From positions 960,001-1,024,000 of the forward strand of contig CAVRVY010000004.1 of assembly GCA_963724765.1 (NCBI GenBank): DNA of 64,000 bases. Direction: 5' to 3'. The notes under the pieces were generated by a model that was not told the DNA's origin, did not search any database, and worked only from the letters and a program-made list of their open reading frames with translations. How positions within the stretch are numbered: the stretch's first letter is position 1; every line of letters begins with the position of its first letter. Below are positions 33,901 to 42,741 of the stretch, piece by piece. This stretch comes from an uncultured delta proteobacterium (GTDB lineage Bacteria > Desulfobacterota > Binatia > Binatales > Binataceae). The position numbers and the translations under genes were made by a program.

Positions 33901-34178
33901 CGGTCGCCGCGGCGATCGAGGCCGGGCGCATCCGCTTCCGCCCGATCATCATGACCGCGCTCGCGATGATCCTGGGGATGCTGCCGATGGCGCTCAGCCT
34001 GGGTTCGGGCTCCGAGCAGAACGCTCCGCTGGGACGCGCCGTGATCGGAGGGCTTTTCGTGGCAACGGTATCAACCCTGTTCGTGGTGCCGGCAGTCTAT
34101 TCGATATTCAGCCGTAACATGATCGGCAAACATCAACGCGACGCGGAGATCGAACAACTCACGCAGCCCCGCGCGTGA
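30954..34178 (+). CDS. RND efflux permease (AcrB/NolG-like)
   Basis: VDIFPAINLPVV, INTMTLGG, GMLVDDATVEIENI, RFRPIIMT, PLGRAVIGG. Confidence 0.95.
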   Translation: MWIVRLALRRPLSVAVMALLMLVLGTLSFELMNVDIFPAINLPVVLVVWNYPGLSAFDVERRMVFISERAYSTTVNGIEHIESESINGLGILKVYFQPGTDLGSAIAQMDSVSETILTILPRGTEPPQIISYNASNVPVAQLNIFSDTLSTGRLFDYGLNFIRIQLFTIPGFSSPAPLGGVQRSVMVNIDPTVLYANGMSANDLGNALTATNVVIPSGTEKIGNYEYNVDLNMSVPKVKDFDRLPIKYVNGSPVFLGDIAPATDTHQPQTNVVRVDGRQATYLMVIKHADASTLTVVDAVKAKIPLIRATAPKGLNVSLSFDQSQFVRAALWDVVQEAVIAATLVALMVLLFLGSPRSMLIVITSIPLSILTAIIALKLSGQTINTMTLGGIALAVGMLVDDATVEIENIHRNHALNKPLLAAILDGASQIATPTFVGTLSICIVFFPVVLLTGVAKFLFTPLALAVVFAMLTSYLLSRTLVPSMARYLLPDLHEEHLGQGRWANLVRAFDRSFERVKERYRVALATFIGRRGLALTCVAILIVLSLGLLPIVGEDFFPVVDAGMMRLHVRAPTGTRIEHTEYLIDQIDRTIRTIIPAAELESISDNIGLPISYDLAFYQTDSIGPQDADVLIQLKPSHRPTAMYEQRIRNALAAKYPEVTAYFQAADIISQVLNFGLPAAIDAQVNGNSLQSDYDIALRLKDRMARIPGVVDMRIAEPLDYPSLDVEVDRTKALQFGITQQQVASSVLASLSGAQLLQPNFWLDPVSGVNYNVIAQAPQHLFDSISALQNIPLSTTATSSSDITAGSTTTGAAATPSQPQLLGNLATVTHSWDPAVVAHYTVQRVVDVDCAVAGRDLGAVTSAVQREIDHLGKLPAGTQVVIRGQSQAMRASFVTLGEGLILAIVLVYLLMVANFQSWLEPFIIMMAVPGALAGVIWMLVLTGTTINVESMMGAIMAVGVGVANGNLLITFANELREDGYGPVAAAIEAGRIRFRPIIMTALAMILGMLPMALSLGSGSEQNAPLGRAVIGGLFVATVSTLFVVPAVYSIFSRNMIGKHQRDAEIEQLTQPRA

Positions 34179-34191
34179 AAGATGGCAACAG

Positions 34192-35328
34192 ATGGACGAC
34201 GACCCCAGGCAGTATACGGCCAAACCCTCCGGAAAATTATTTGTGGCCGGATGGATCGGCGCGATCGCGATCGTGGTAATCGCCACGGCCGGGCTCGTGC
34301 TCGCGCGCGAGCTATGGATCGGCCGCCAGACTACCGACCTGGCGCACCAGGCCGCGGCCGGACCGCACGTGCTGGTCGCGCAAGTTGGCCGCACGCCCGC
34401 CACGCGCGACGTCAAGCTGCCCGCGACCACGCGCGGCTTCGACGAGACTGAAATCTACGCCAAGGTGCCCGGCTATATTAGATCGATCCGGGTCGATAAG
34501 GGTGACCGCGTTCACGCGGGTGAATTGCTCGCGACAATCGAATCGCCGGAGACCGACCAGCAGGTCCGCAATGCGCTGGCCGCCTACCGGATCGCACAGC
34601 TGACCGACGATCGCAACCAGATTCTCGTCCGCCAGAGCGTGATCTCGCAGCAAGCCGCCGACGAATCGCGCGCGACGATGTTGCAGGCGAAGGCGACTCT
34701 GGCGCAGTCGGTCGCGCTGCAAGCGTACGAGCGGGTGACCGCGCCGTTCGACGCAATCGTGACGGCGCGCGACGTCGATCCCGGCCATCTGATTCCCGAG
34801 GCGACCAGCTCGACCGGCGTTGCCGACGCGATCGTGAGCGTCTCGCGGACGAAACCGTTGCGCGTGTACACCTACGTGCCGCAAAATATCGCGCTGTTCA
34901 TCCGCAACGGCGACAGCGCCGCGATCACGGTCAACGAATTTCCGCAGCGCAAGTTCACCGGCACCATCACCCGCCATCCGGAGGCGCTCTCGCCGGATTC
35001 GCGCACGATGCTGGTGGAGGTCGATCTGCCCAACACCGATGAGGCGCTGTGGCCCGGAATGTACGGCAGTGCGGAGTTCGTCGTTTCAGTTCCGGAAGGC
35101 GCGCCGCTGGTCCCTGACGACGCGCTGGTCTTCCGCAACGGCAAGGTATTCGTGCCGGTCGTGAAAGACAACGTGCTCCATCTGGCGCAAGTGAAGCTCG
35201 GCTACGACAACGGGACCGCTGTCGAGGTCGCCACCGGTATCGATCCCGACGCGCTCGTGGCGCTGAATGTCGGACAATCGGCGCGCGAGGGCGAGATCGT
35301 ACAGCCGGTGCGTCAAGCCGCCAACTAG
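34192..35328 (+). CDS. RND periplasmic adaptor (MFP)
   Basis: N-terminal TM, YAKVPGYI..VDKGDRV, VTAPFDAIV, SRTMLVEV. Confidence 0.92.
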   Translation: MDDDPRQYTAKPSGKLFVAGWIGAIAIVVIATAGLVLARELWIGRQTTDLAHQAAAGPHVLVAQVGRTPATRDVKLPATTRGFDETEIYAKVPGYIRSIRVDKGDRVHAGELLATIESPETDQQVRNALAAYRIAQLTDDRNQILVRQSVISQQAADESRATMLQAKATLAQSVALQAYERVTAPFDAIVTARDVDPGHLIPEATSSTGVADAIVSVSRTKPLRVYTYVPQNIALFIRNGDSAAITVNEFPQRKFTGTITRHPEALSPDSRTMLVEVDLPNTDEALWPGMYGSAEFVVSVPEGAPLVPDDALVFRNGKVFVPVVKDNVLHLAQVKLGYDNGTAVEVATGIDPDALVALNVGQSAREGEIVQPVRQAAN

Positions 35329-35354
35329 GCGGCGCGCGCAGAGCGCATCGCCGC

Positions 35355-36596
35355 TCAGTCCTTCGGCTCGCTTTCCTTCCAGCGTTTCATCAGCGTGTTC
35401 GAGGGCCGCGTCTCGTCGACCAGCTTCTTCGCGGTTTCGCGGCCGGCCGTGGGCAGGTTTTTCGGATCGAGCAGGCCGAGCTGGACCAGCGCGGTCGCCT
35501 GATCCCAGTGGATGTGTTCGTGCACGAGCTTGCCGCCGCGGAACTGCACGATCGCAACCGTCGGGATCTCGACGTACTTTCCGGTGGGCGCGAGACCGGG
35601 GAGGAGGAAGTCGAGCTCGATGTCGTGGGTGAAACAGAACACGAACTCGTCGACTACGCGGTCCGCTCCGACCGTGCGCGAGACCGGGATGAACTTCAGG
35701 TCTTTGGGCAGCTTGGGAATGAAGTGATTTCTATAGAAGCGGTAAAGCTCCTGCTGCCCGACGCCGCCGGTCATCGTCGGAACGTGATTGACGTAGGGCC
35801 GATCGACCATCGTGGCCATCGTGCCTTCGGCGTCGTGGTACTTGAACTCGAGATCGGCGTGCCGCTCCCAGAGCGCGCTCAGGTCGAAGCGCGGGCCAAT
35901 CGCGTGGCGCAACATCCCGATCGTGCGCGAGTGCGCGAGCGAGGCGGCAAAGCCATCATAAGCCGGACGCATGGAGTTGTTGAAGGCGTGATCTGCCCCA
36001 GGGTAAACGTAGACTTCAACGTCGTCCCGTTCCTTGAAGGCGGCGGCAACCGCGTCGCGCGCGGCGGCCGGCACGAAGCGGTCCAGCTCTCCAAAATGCA
36101 ATGCCATCGGACAGCGTATCGCGCCGGCCTCGTTGAGCCGCTTTTCGATTCCGACGCCGTAGTAGCTGACCGCCGCCTCGATATTGCATCGCGCGGCCGT
36201 CAGGTAGGCGAGCATCCCGCCCAGGCAAAAGCCGATCGCGCCGACCTTGCCGTTGCACTGCGGCATCGCGCGCAGGGCGCGCACCGTATCCGCGATGTCC
36301 TTGATCGCCTGGTCCGGATCGAAGCGCGCGAAAAAATCGAAAGCCGCCTTGATCTCGGCCTCCGAATAGCCAAGCTCGATGCCCGGCTGAATCCGCCAGA
36401 ACAGATCGGGCGCGATCGTGACGTAACCCTCCTCCGCATAACGGTCGGCGACTTCGCGTAGATGGCGGTTGACGCCAAAAATTTCCTGCAGCAACACCAA
36501 CCCCGGCCCGCGGCCGCCCTCGGGTAGCGCGAGGTAGGCGCCGAACACGCCGCCGTCGGCGGCGGTGACGCTCACGGTCTTCGATGTGATGCTCAT
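35355..36596 (-). CDS. dienelactone hydrolase fused to a SnoaL-like domain
   Basis: LQEIFGVN, GFCLGG nucleophile, YPGADHAF; C-terminal PYVNHVPTMTGG..HEHIHWDQATALVQLG. Confidence 0.9.
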   Translation of the reverse strand: MSITSKTVSVTAADGGVFGAYLALPEGGRGPGLVLLQEIFGVNRHLREVADRYAEEGYVTIAPDLFWRIQPGIELGYSEAEIKAAFDFFARFDPDQAIKDIADTVRALRAMPQCNGKVGAIGFCLGGMLAYLTAARCNIEAAVSYYGVGIEKRLNEAGAIRCPMALHFGELDRFVPAAARDAVAAAFKERDDVEVYVYPGADHAFNNSMRPAYDGFAASLAHSRTIGMLRHAIGPRFDLSALWERHADLEFKYHDAEGTMATMVDRPYVNHVPTMTGGVGQQELYRFYRNHFIPKLPKDLKFIPVSRTVGADRVVDEFVFCFTHDIELDFLLPGLAPTGKYVEIPTVAIVQFRGGKLVHEHIHWDQATALVQLGLLDPKNLPTAGRETAKKLVDETRPSNTLMKRWKESEPKD

Positions 36597-36932
36597 GACA
36601 GTCGAACCCTCCTGTGCCGGCTAGGGAGGCGTCAGTCCGTACATCGAGTTCGGCAAGCCGCCCTGCTGCTCGCAAACGGTATGATCTATCTCGCCTTCGG
36701 CTCGAACTTGGGCGGCAAAATTTTTTCATAGTGGTTCTCATAGCGCAAATTTGCCCACGGCCCGCAGCGGGTGGAAATTCCCGCTACTAACGGCAGTGAC
36801 ACGCGCGCTACCGCATCAATTGAGCGCGCGCGCTGGAGAACAAAAAAGCGCGCGCCGCATCTCTCATTTGAAAGCGATGCGGCGCGCGCGGATTGCGCAG
36901 CGAACTCGATCAAGTCCGCCAAATATCAATCG

Positions 36933-37790
36933 TCACGGAGCCGACCTTGCGCCAAACAACGGCCCGAGCAGTGAGCCCAGACCTCCCATCGCGCCCGTGG
37001 ACGTGGGAGTGCCGTACGGCGAGCCGGCTGCCGCATTTGGATATCCCGCCTGCGGATAGGGCGCCGCCGATGGCGCCGAACCTCCGCCAAACAGCGGACC
37101 GAGCAGCGAACTCAAACCACCCGAGCCCGTCGCTCCAGGTGCCCCGTACGGTGAAGCGGCGGCGCCGTTCGGATAGCTCGAAGGCGGATATTCGGCTGCC
37201 GGATAGGGCTGCGCATACCCGGGAACTCCCGCGTTCGGATAACCCGATGGCGGGTACGCCGCTGATGGGTAAGGTTGCGCGTACCCGGAGCCCGATGGCG
37301 CATACTCCTGCATCGGCGATGCGTAGGCCGACGCCGGGGGCGCATAGGCGGATGCCGGTGGCGGATAGGGAGGTCCCTGAGGCTGCATGTAGGCCGGAGC
37401 TCCGTAGCCGGGGCCTTCGGCATGGCCACCTCCGGAAAGCTCGCGCCTCAGATGCTTGATTTCTCTCTTCCAATGCTTGGCGGCCGGCTCGTTGCCCGCC
37501 TGGCGCGCCTGGTTGTACTGCCGCTCGGCATAGTTGAGTTGGACCTCCAATTGATGCCGCTGGGCATAATTGGGCCCTCCCGGGTACTGCCCCGGCGGCG
37601 GTGGCATCGGCTGACCATATTGCTCGTTCTGCGCCGTGTACGCCTGATAGGCCGCGACGTCATTTGGGGGATCGTAGGGATCAGCAGCGGCGGCGGTCAC
37701 CATAATCGGCGCCGCCATCAGAATTAATCCAGCTAAGCCGGAGAGGATTGTCTGGCGCGAGAACCGATTGCGAGCGGAGGAGACGTTCAT
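36933..37790 (-). CDS. exported Pro/Tyr/Gly-rich low-complexity protein
   Basis: signal-like N-terminus, short helical domain, YAPP/YPP repeats, two GGL(S/G)SLLGPLFG units; GGAGG RBS before ATG 37790. Confidence 0.7.
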   Translation of the reverse strand: MNVSSARNRFSRQTILSGLAGLILMAAPIMVTAAAADPYDPPNDVAAYQAYTAQNEQYGQPMPPPPGQYPGGPNYAQRHQLEVQLNYAERQYNQARQAGNEPAAKHWKREIKHLRRELSGGGHAEGPGYGAPAYMQPQGPPYPPPASAYAPPASAYASPMQEYAPSGSGYAQPYPSAAYPPSGYPNAGVPGYAQPYPAAEYPPSSYPNGAAASPYGAPGATGSGGLSSLLGPLFGGGSAPSAAPYPQAGYPNAAAGSPYGTPTSTGAMGGLGSLLGPLFGARSAP

Positions 37791-37994
37791 TGAGGGAACC
37801 TCCGGTTTCACATACGTATCCGGCAAATTGGGGTTTCCATTTTCGGTCGGCCATCGGAATTCTCAGGCTCGTCGCGCGCCTCAGCTTCGGGAATTCCGAC
37901 CGTCGGGTCCAAGAAAGCACCACAGAACGTTGGAGTTTGCCGCGAGGTCGAGACTCAGGCGTGAACGGGACCGGTTAGAGAACGGGTGCGCAAA

Positions 37995-38225
37995 AATTAG
38001 GACCCCGGGACCCCTGCGATGGAGGCGACCCGTTCGCGGCCTTGCGATACGCTAGGCTCTTTCCACGGGTCCCTGCCGAAAATCGGGTGGTCGCGAACCC
38101 CAGTGGCCGCAAAGCGGCACTCATGCTGAAAACCGCGCTTCAAGTGGATGAGAGCGCCAAGGAACGGGCACTATGGCCCGTTCGAATTGGCCTCAGGCGT
38201 ACGTCAACAACGCCAGCAGGGAAGT
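37995..38225 (-). ncRNA. candidate structured non-coding RNA of unknown family
   Basis: closing helix TCCCTGCTG/CGGCAGGGA enclosing several hairpins, plus a further GACCCGT/ACGGGTC helix; G-U wobbles favour the - strand. Confidence 0.5.
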
Positions 38226-38271
38226 TGCTCGCCGAGAGAGTTATGGGCCGAAATGGCGAATCGCGCCCGCG

Positions 38272-38886
38272 TCAAGCGCGCGCCTTGCGCAGCTTGGCCC
38301 GCCGATCGGCTGGCGCGCCCTTGCGATGGAGTGAGCGGTTCGCGCCAGCAGTCAGCTTCGCGACAGTCGCCTTGGCTACCGTCGGCGTGATGGCCTCTGC
38401 CTTGGCTACCGGAGCGGGCACATCTTCCGCAACTGGCTGTACGACCGGCTGCGAAGCGGCCAACGCTGCCTGCTCGGCCCGCGCGATACGCGCCCGTTCG
38501 ATCGCCTCGAGCTTGCGAACCTTCCATTCGCGCAATCCGCGGCGCAGATACTCCGGATTGACGTCCAGCATCTCGCAGACGTTGTCAAAGGAGAACACCC
38601 ATTTCTTATCTTCCAGGGTGATCCATTCTTCGGCGTCGCGGAATAAACGTTGGCCTTTATTAGTGGAGGAGTCGATGCATTTCATAAAGCATTCGACCGC
38701 ATCCTCGAGCACGCTCAGCACCAGGCGCTTCTCGCCCTCAAGCAGATGCTTGCGGCGCATCGCCTCAAAGTATTGGATCGGCAAAAGCGTGTCGGGTTCA
38801 AACAATCCCGGCAGCTTTTCGTCCAATGTTTCCTTTTCCTGCATCTTCGCTCCTTGCTCCTGCCTCACCAGATCTTGTGCTCCCAC
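38272..38886 (-). CDS. uncharacterised protein with HTH-like motif and basic Ala/Lys/Arg tail
   Basis: AAGGAGG RBS; helical core EKRLVLSVLEDAVECF...FSFDNVCEMLDVNPEYLRRGL. Confidence 0.8.
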   Translation of the reverse strand: MGAQDLVRQEQGAKMQEKETLDEKLPGLFEPDTLLPIQYFEAMRRKHLLEGEKRLVLSVLEDAVECFMKCIDSSTNKGQRLFRDAEEWITLEDKKWVFSFDNVCEMLDVNPEYLRRGLREWKVRKLEAIERARIARAEQAALAASQPVVQPVAEDVPAPVAKAEAITPTVAKATVAKLTAGANRSLHRKGAPADRRAKLRKARA

Positions 38887-38997
38887 CCCACGACCTCCTT
38901 GTGATGGACGCCATCATTAGACGTCCTATTCATCTAAATCGTTTCAGTCTGATCGTTTCAGAACTCTCATCTTTTAAGCACTTTCTTGTTACGGCAG

Positions 38998-39213
38998 TTA
39001 TTCGTCTTCGTTTTCTTCGTAAATTTCATTCCAGGCCATCTGGATCGCCTCCAGCTTGGATTCGCTGGACTCGGCCGGATCGTCGTCAAATTCATCCAGA
39101 TCCGCCACCCACTGTCGCAAATCGGTAAAGCGCACCTGAAGTGGGTTAATACCAGGATGATTTTCGGTCAGCACTTCGGCGATCTCCTGCGCCTGATCCC
39201 ATTTCAAGCCCAT
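38998..39213 (-). CDS. iscX: Fe-S assembly protein IscX
   Basis: LKW...IAEVL, VRFTDLRQWV..L.EFDDDP, KLEAIQMAW. Confidence 0.93.
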   Translation of the reverse strand: MGLKWDQAQEIAEVLTENHPGINPLQVRFTDLRQWVADLDEFDDDPAESSESKLEAIQMAWNEIYEENEDE

Positions 39214-39293
39214 GTGCCGCATCTCCTCACTCAAAACCGCTTAATATCCGGCTGAAAAATGCTGCAAGTGCACAACAATTATGGCACCAATGC

Positions 39294-41156
39294 CTACGAC
39301 AGCTCCTCTACTGACTTCTTTTCGAGCGCCCGGCCTATCGCATAATCCATGATTCTCTCGGCAAATGGCGTCGTGAGCTGGTTTAGCTCTTCGACCAAAG
39401 CTGAAATATAAGCACGATCTGTACCATTTCGAGCCTCTTCCAGCTTCGACGCGCATTTCTCTATCTGCGCCCGCTCATCCGCCTCAATTAGCGACCTATA
39501 TTCCTCTAGCTGCTTCGTCAATGCGCCTAGCAGTTGGGCAGCATCGTTGCGCGCCACAATCAGCATCCGCTGCTCGAGATCCTGCTCGCCCAAATCAATC
39601 GATTCTTCAAGCATCCGTTCAATTTCTTCGTCGGTCAGCCCATAGCTCGGCTTGATGTCAACCGAATGCTCCCGCCCGGTGCGCTGGTCGCGCGCTGTGA
39701 CGTTGAGGATTCCGTTGGCGTCAATGAGAAAGGTGACCTCGATCCGCGGCAGGCCGGCCGGCTGCGGCTCGAGCGGTCCCAGCTTGAAACGCGCCAGCGA
39801 GCGGCAATCCGCGGCCAGTTCGCGTTCGCCCTGGACCACGTGGATATCGACATGAGTCTGATTATCGACCGCGGTCGTAAAACCCTCCGTCACGCTGGTC
39901 GGGATAGTGGTGTTGCGATGGATAAGGCGCTCCACCACGCCGCCCATCGTTTCGATTCCAAGCGACAGCGCCACCACGTCGAGCAGCAGCACGTCACCCT
40001 GCGAGCCCATCAGGACGCCTGCCTGCACGGCGGCTCCAACCGCCACCACGTGGTCCGGGTCGAGCGAGCATAGCGGCTCGCGTCCGAAGAGGTCCGCCAC
40101 CCGCCGGCGCACCAGCGGCATCCGGGTTGATCCACCCACCAGCACCACCGCGTCGATCTCGGAGGTTTTTAGCCGGGCGTCGGCGAGCGCCATTCGGCAT
40201 CGATCCAGCGCACGGCCGACCAGCGCGTCGGCCATCAGCTCGAACTCGGCGCGGCTGATGGTTTTGCGCACCTCGCGATCCGGCAATCCAAGCGTCATCT
40301 CGGCTTCACCGTGATCGCTAAGCCTCTTCTTGACCGCCTCGGCCGCGAGCCGCGCGCTGTTCCAGACGTGGCGATCGAGCCGCAGCTCGGGCGAAAGATC
40401 GGCGAGCAGCAGATCGACCAGCAACCGATCGAAGTCGTCGCCGCCCAGATGCGTGTCGCCATTGGTCGCAAGCACCTCGAAAATCCCGCCCTTGATGTTG
40501 AGGATCGAGATGTCAAACGTTCCACCGCCAAGGTCGAAGACTGCGACCCTCCCCTCGGCCATCTGATTCAGTCCGTAAGCGAGCGAGGCGGCGGTCGGCT
40601 CGTTGACCAGGCGCACGACGTCGAGTCCGGCAAGCCGGCCGGCGTCCTTGGTGGCCTGACGCTGGCCGTCGTTGAAATAAGCCGGGACCGTGACCACCAC
40701 GCGCTCGACTTTCTCGCCGAACGCGGCTTCGGCGCGGGTCTTGAGCGCGCGCAGAATCTCGGCGGAAATCTGCGCGGGGGTGAAAGCGCGTTTGCCGATC
40801 GCGAAGCGCACCACCGACCCCGTGAAATCGCCGAAGCTGTAGCGATGGCGGTCCTCGGCGGCAACCTCGTCGCCGCCCAGCCCCATGTAGCGCTTGACCG
40901 AACGCACCACGGCACCCGCCTCACCGCCCTCGAAGCCAGCGGCGTGGATGCGGCCGTCGCGTTCAACAGTCAGATGCGGCTCCATCGCAATCGCTCGCTC
41001 ACCCACGAAAATTTCGCCCTGAGGCGTTATCGCGACCACCGAGGGCAGCAACGGATTGCCGGTCTCGGGATCGGCGGCAAGCCGCGGGCGCTCGCCTTCC
41101 ATAACAGCGATCAGGCTGTTGGTGGTTCCGAGATCGATGCCGAATATGCGAGACAT
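39294..41156 (-). CDS. hscA: Fe-S chaperone HscA (Hsp70 family)
   Basis: [43 protein letters not shown]; isc context. Confidence 0.93.
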   Translation of the reverse strand: MSRIFGIDLGTTNSLIAVMEGERPRLAADPETGNPLLPSVVAITPQGEIFVGERAIAMEPHLTVERDGRIHAAGFEGGEAGAVVRSVKRYMGLGGDEVAAEDRHRYSFGDFTGSVVRFAIGKRAFTPAQISAEILRALKTRAEAAFGEKVERVVVTVPAYFNDGQRQATKDAGRLAGLDVVRLVNEPTAASLAYGLNQMAEGRVAVFDLGGGTFDISILNIKGGIFEVLATNGDTHLGGDDFDRLLVDLLLADLSPELRLDRHVWNSARLAAEAVKKRLSDHGEAEMTLGLPDREVRKTISRAEFELMADALVGRALDRCRMALADARLKTSEIDAVVLVGGSTRMPLVRRRVADLFGREPLCSLDPDHVVAVGAAVQAGVLMGSQGDVLLLDVVALSLGIETMGGVVERLIHRNTTIPTSVTEGFTTAVDNQTHVDIHVVQGERELAADCRSLARFKLGPLEPQPAGLPRIEVTFLIDANGILNVTARDQRTGREHSVDIKPSYGLTDEEIERMLEESIDLGEQDLEQRMLIVARNDAAQLLGALTKQLEEYRSLIEADERAQIEKCASKLEEARNGTDRAYISALVEELNQLTTPFAERIMDYAIGRALEKKSVEELS

Positions 41157-41214
41157 GGGTAATGATGCGCTCCGCGGCCGCCGCGCGGTCCGGAAAGCGG
41201 CTTGCGCTATTTCC

Positions 41215-41865
41215 TCAATTGGTCTTTGTATCGGCCGTGGCGCCATCTAGCGCGCGGTCGACGTCGCGAGTGAGCGTCCGCAGATAGGCGATTTTCGAAA
41301 GTGCGGATTTCAATTCGTTGACCAGTTCCTGACGCTCCCCCGCCCCACTGTCCCAGCGCGCAAAATTGCGCTCCAGCTCCTCCTGCGCCTTGGTTACCAG
41401 ACCCTCAAGCTCCGCGCGCCGCTCATTCATCGCCGCGGCGAGCGCGCTGGCGTTTCCGTTGTGCGTTCCGCGCAACTCCCCGAGCTGTTCCTGTATCTCG
41501 AATACCAGCTCCGCCAGCTCGGCCGGGACCCGCTTGTTGTTCTCGGCGAGCTTCTCGTCGATCAAATCCAGCCAATAACGCCCCCGGCTTGCCGGGTCAC
41601 GTAGGGTGCGGTAGCTGCGGGTCAAAAGCGCCGTGCTCTTGAGGCTCGCCTGTCTAACTGTGGGCGTCCCCGTCGCAAAATGGTCGGGATGAACGCGGCG
41701 GCCCGCCTCATGATAGATACGTTCGAGTTCACACGGATCGAGGGCGAGCTTGCGTGGGAGATCGAGCGCGGCGAAGAGATCGAGCTCAACGCCGAGCGGC
41801 GCCCCGCATTCGGGGCAAGTCAAACGCGGCTCGCTTTGCCGCGCGCATGAGGGGCATTGGACCAT
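41215..41865 (-). CDS. hscB: co-chaperone HscB with N-terminal tetra-Cys motif
   Basis: CPSC..CPEC, HPD, YRTLRDP..R..Y. Confidence 0.9.
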   Translation of the reverse strand: MVQCPSCARQSEPRLTCPECGAPLGVELDLFAALDLPRKLALDPCELERIYHEAGRRVHPDHFATGTPTVRQASLKSTALLTRSYRTLRDPASRGRYWLDLIDEKLAENNKRVPAELAELVFEIQEQLGELRGTHNGNASALAAAMNERRAELEGLVTKAQEELERNFARWDSGAGERQELVNELKSALSKIAYLRTLTRDVDRALDGATADTKTN

Positions 41866-41889
41866 CGCTACGCCTTGATTCCCACGTCG

Positions 41890-42204
41890 TCATACGACGA
41901 ACGATTCTCCGCATCCGCACGTCCGCTTGGCGTTGGGGTTGACCACCTTGAAGCCCGAGGCCATCAGTTCCTCGGAGTAGTCGAGTTCCGAACCGTTGAG
42001 ATAGAGGAAACTCTTCTTATCGACGATGAGCTGCGCGCCATCGCGCTCGAAAATCTTGTCGCGCTCCTTGGGATCGTCAAGCTCCATCCGGTATTGCAAG
42101 CCCGAGCATCCGCCGCCGACAACCTTCACCCGCAGACCCTTTCCCGGTTTCTCGGCCGAGAGCTGCTTGATCTTGGAGACCGCATTTTCAGACAGCAAAA
42201 TCAT
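41890..42204 (-). CDS. iscA: A-type Fe-S carrier (IscA/ErpA family)
   Basis: GGGCSGLQY, NPNAKRTCGCGESF. Confidence 0.93.
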   Translation of the reverse strand: MILLSENAVSKIKQLSAEKPGKGLRVKVVGGGCSGLQYRMELDDPKERDKIFERDGAQLIVDKKSFLYLNGSELDYSEELMASGFKVVNPNAKRTCGCGESFVV

Positions 42205-42233
42205 TTTTTTAGCGCCGCACGCCCGGCTCACGC

Positions 42234-42680
42234 CTACGAGCCCTGAGCGGCCTTGCCAGCTTGCGCGCCGTTCCCGTCGCTGGCCTCGCCAGCCGCAGTT
42301 GCGCCCTTGCGGCTGCGCCAGTCGGTGATCGCCGCCTTTATAGCATCTTCGGCCAGCACCGAGCAGTGAATTTTCACCGGCGGAAGATTCAATTCCTTCA
42401 CAATCACGGTGTTCTTGATCGCCATCGCCTCGTCGATATGTTTGCCCTTGACCAGCTCGGTTACGTAGCTGGAGGAGGCGATCGCGCTGCCGCAGCCGAA
42501 GGTCTTGAAGCGCGCGTCCTCGATTACGCCGGTGTCGCTGATCCGGAGCTGAAGCTTCATCACGTCGCCGCATTCGGGCGCGCCGACCACGCCAGTGCCG
42601 ACGCCGGGATCGTCCTTGGCGAAGCTGCCGACGTTGCGCGGATTGTTATAGTGCTCGAGAACTTTATCTGAATAAGCCAT
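42234..42680 (-). CDS. iscU: Fe-S scaffold IscU
   Basis: MAYSDKV..HY.NPRNVG, APECGDVM, FGCGSAIASSS, LPPVKIHCS. Confidence 0.98.
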   Translation of the reverse strand: MAYSDKVLEHYNNPRNVGSFAKDDPGVGTGVVGAPECGDVMKLQLRISDTGVIEDARFKTFGCGSAIASSSYVTELVKGKHIDEAMAIKNTVIVKELNLPPVKIHCSVLAEDAIKAAITDWRSRKGATAAGEASDGNGAQAGKAAQGS

Positions 42681-42695
42681 GACCCCTCCGGTCGC

Positions 42696-42741
42696 CTAGC
42701 CTCTGGTTACGCCCGCCACTAGCCTCTGGTTACGCCCGCCA
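42696..42741. repeat. perfect 23-bp tandem duplication spanning the iscS stop codon
   Basis: ctagcctctggttacgcccgcca x2 (42696-42718, 42719-42741). Confidence 0.9.

Noticed and set aside
30592-36600. tRNA-Asp as an integration site for the RND region
   Set aside because: The RND genes lie on the 5' side of the tRNA; no integrase, no duplicated tRNA 3' end and no compositional break seen
37995-38225. Assignment of the structured element to 6S, tmRNA, RNase P, SRP, a group II intron or a c-di-AMP riboswitch
   Set aside because: No rod with central bubble, tRNA-like ends or tag ORF, GAGGAAAGUCC, SRP GGAA/AGCAG loop or domain V seen by eye; a cmscan is still needed
39294-41156. dnaK
   Set aside because: The isc context with hscB and iscU (LPPVK) and the HscA-type C-terminus indicate hscA
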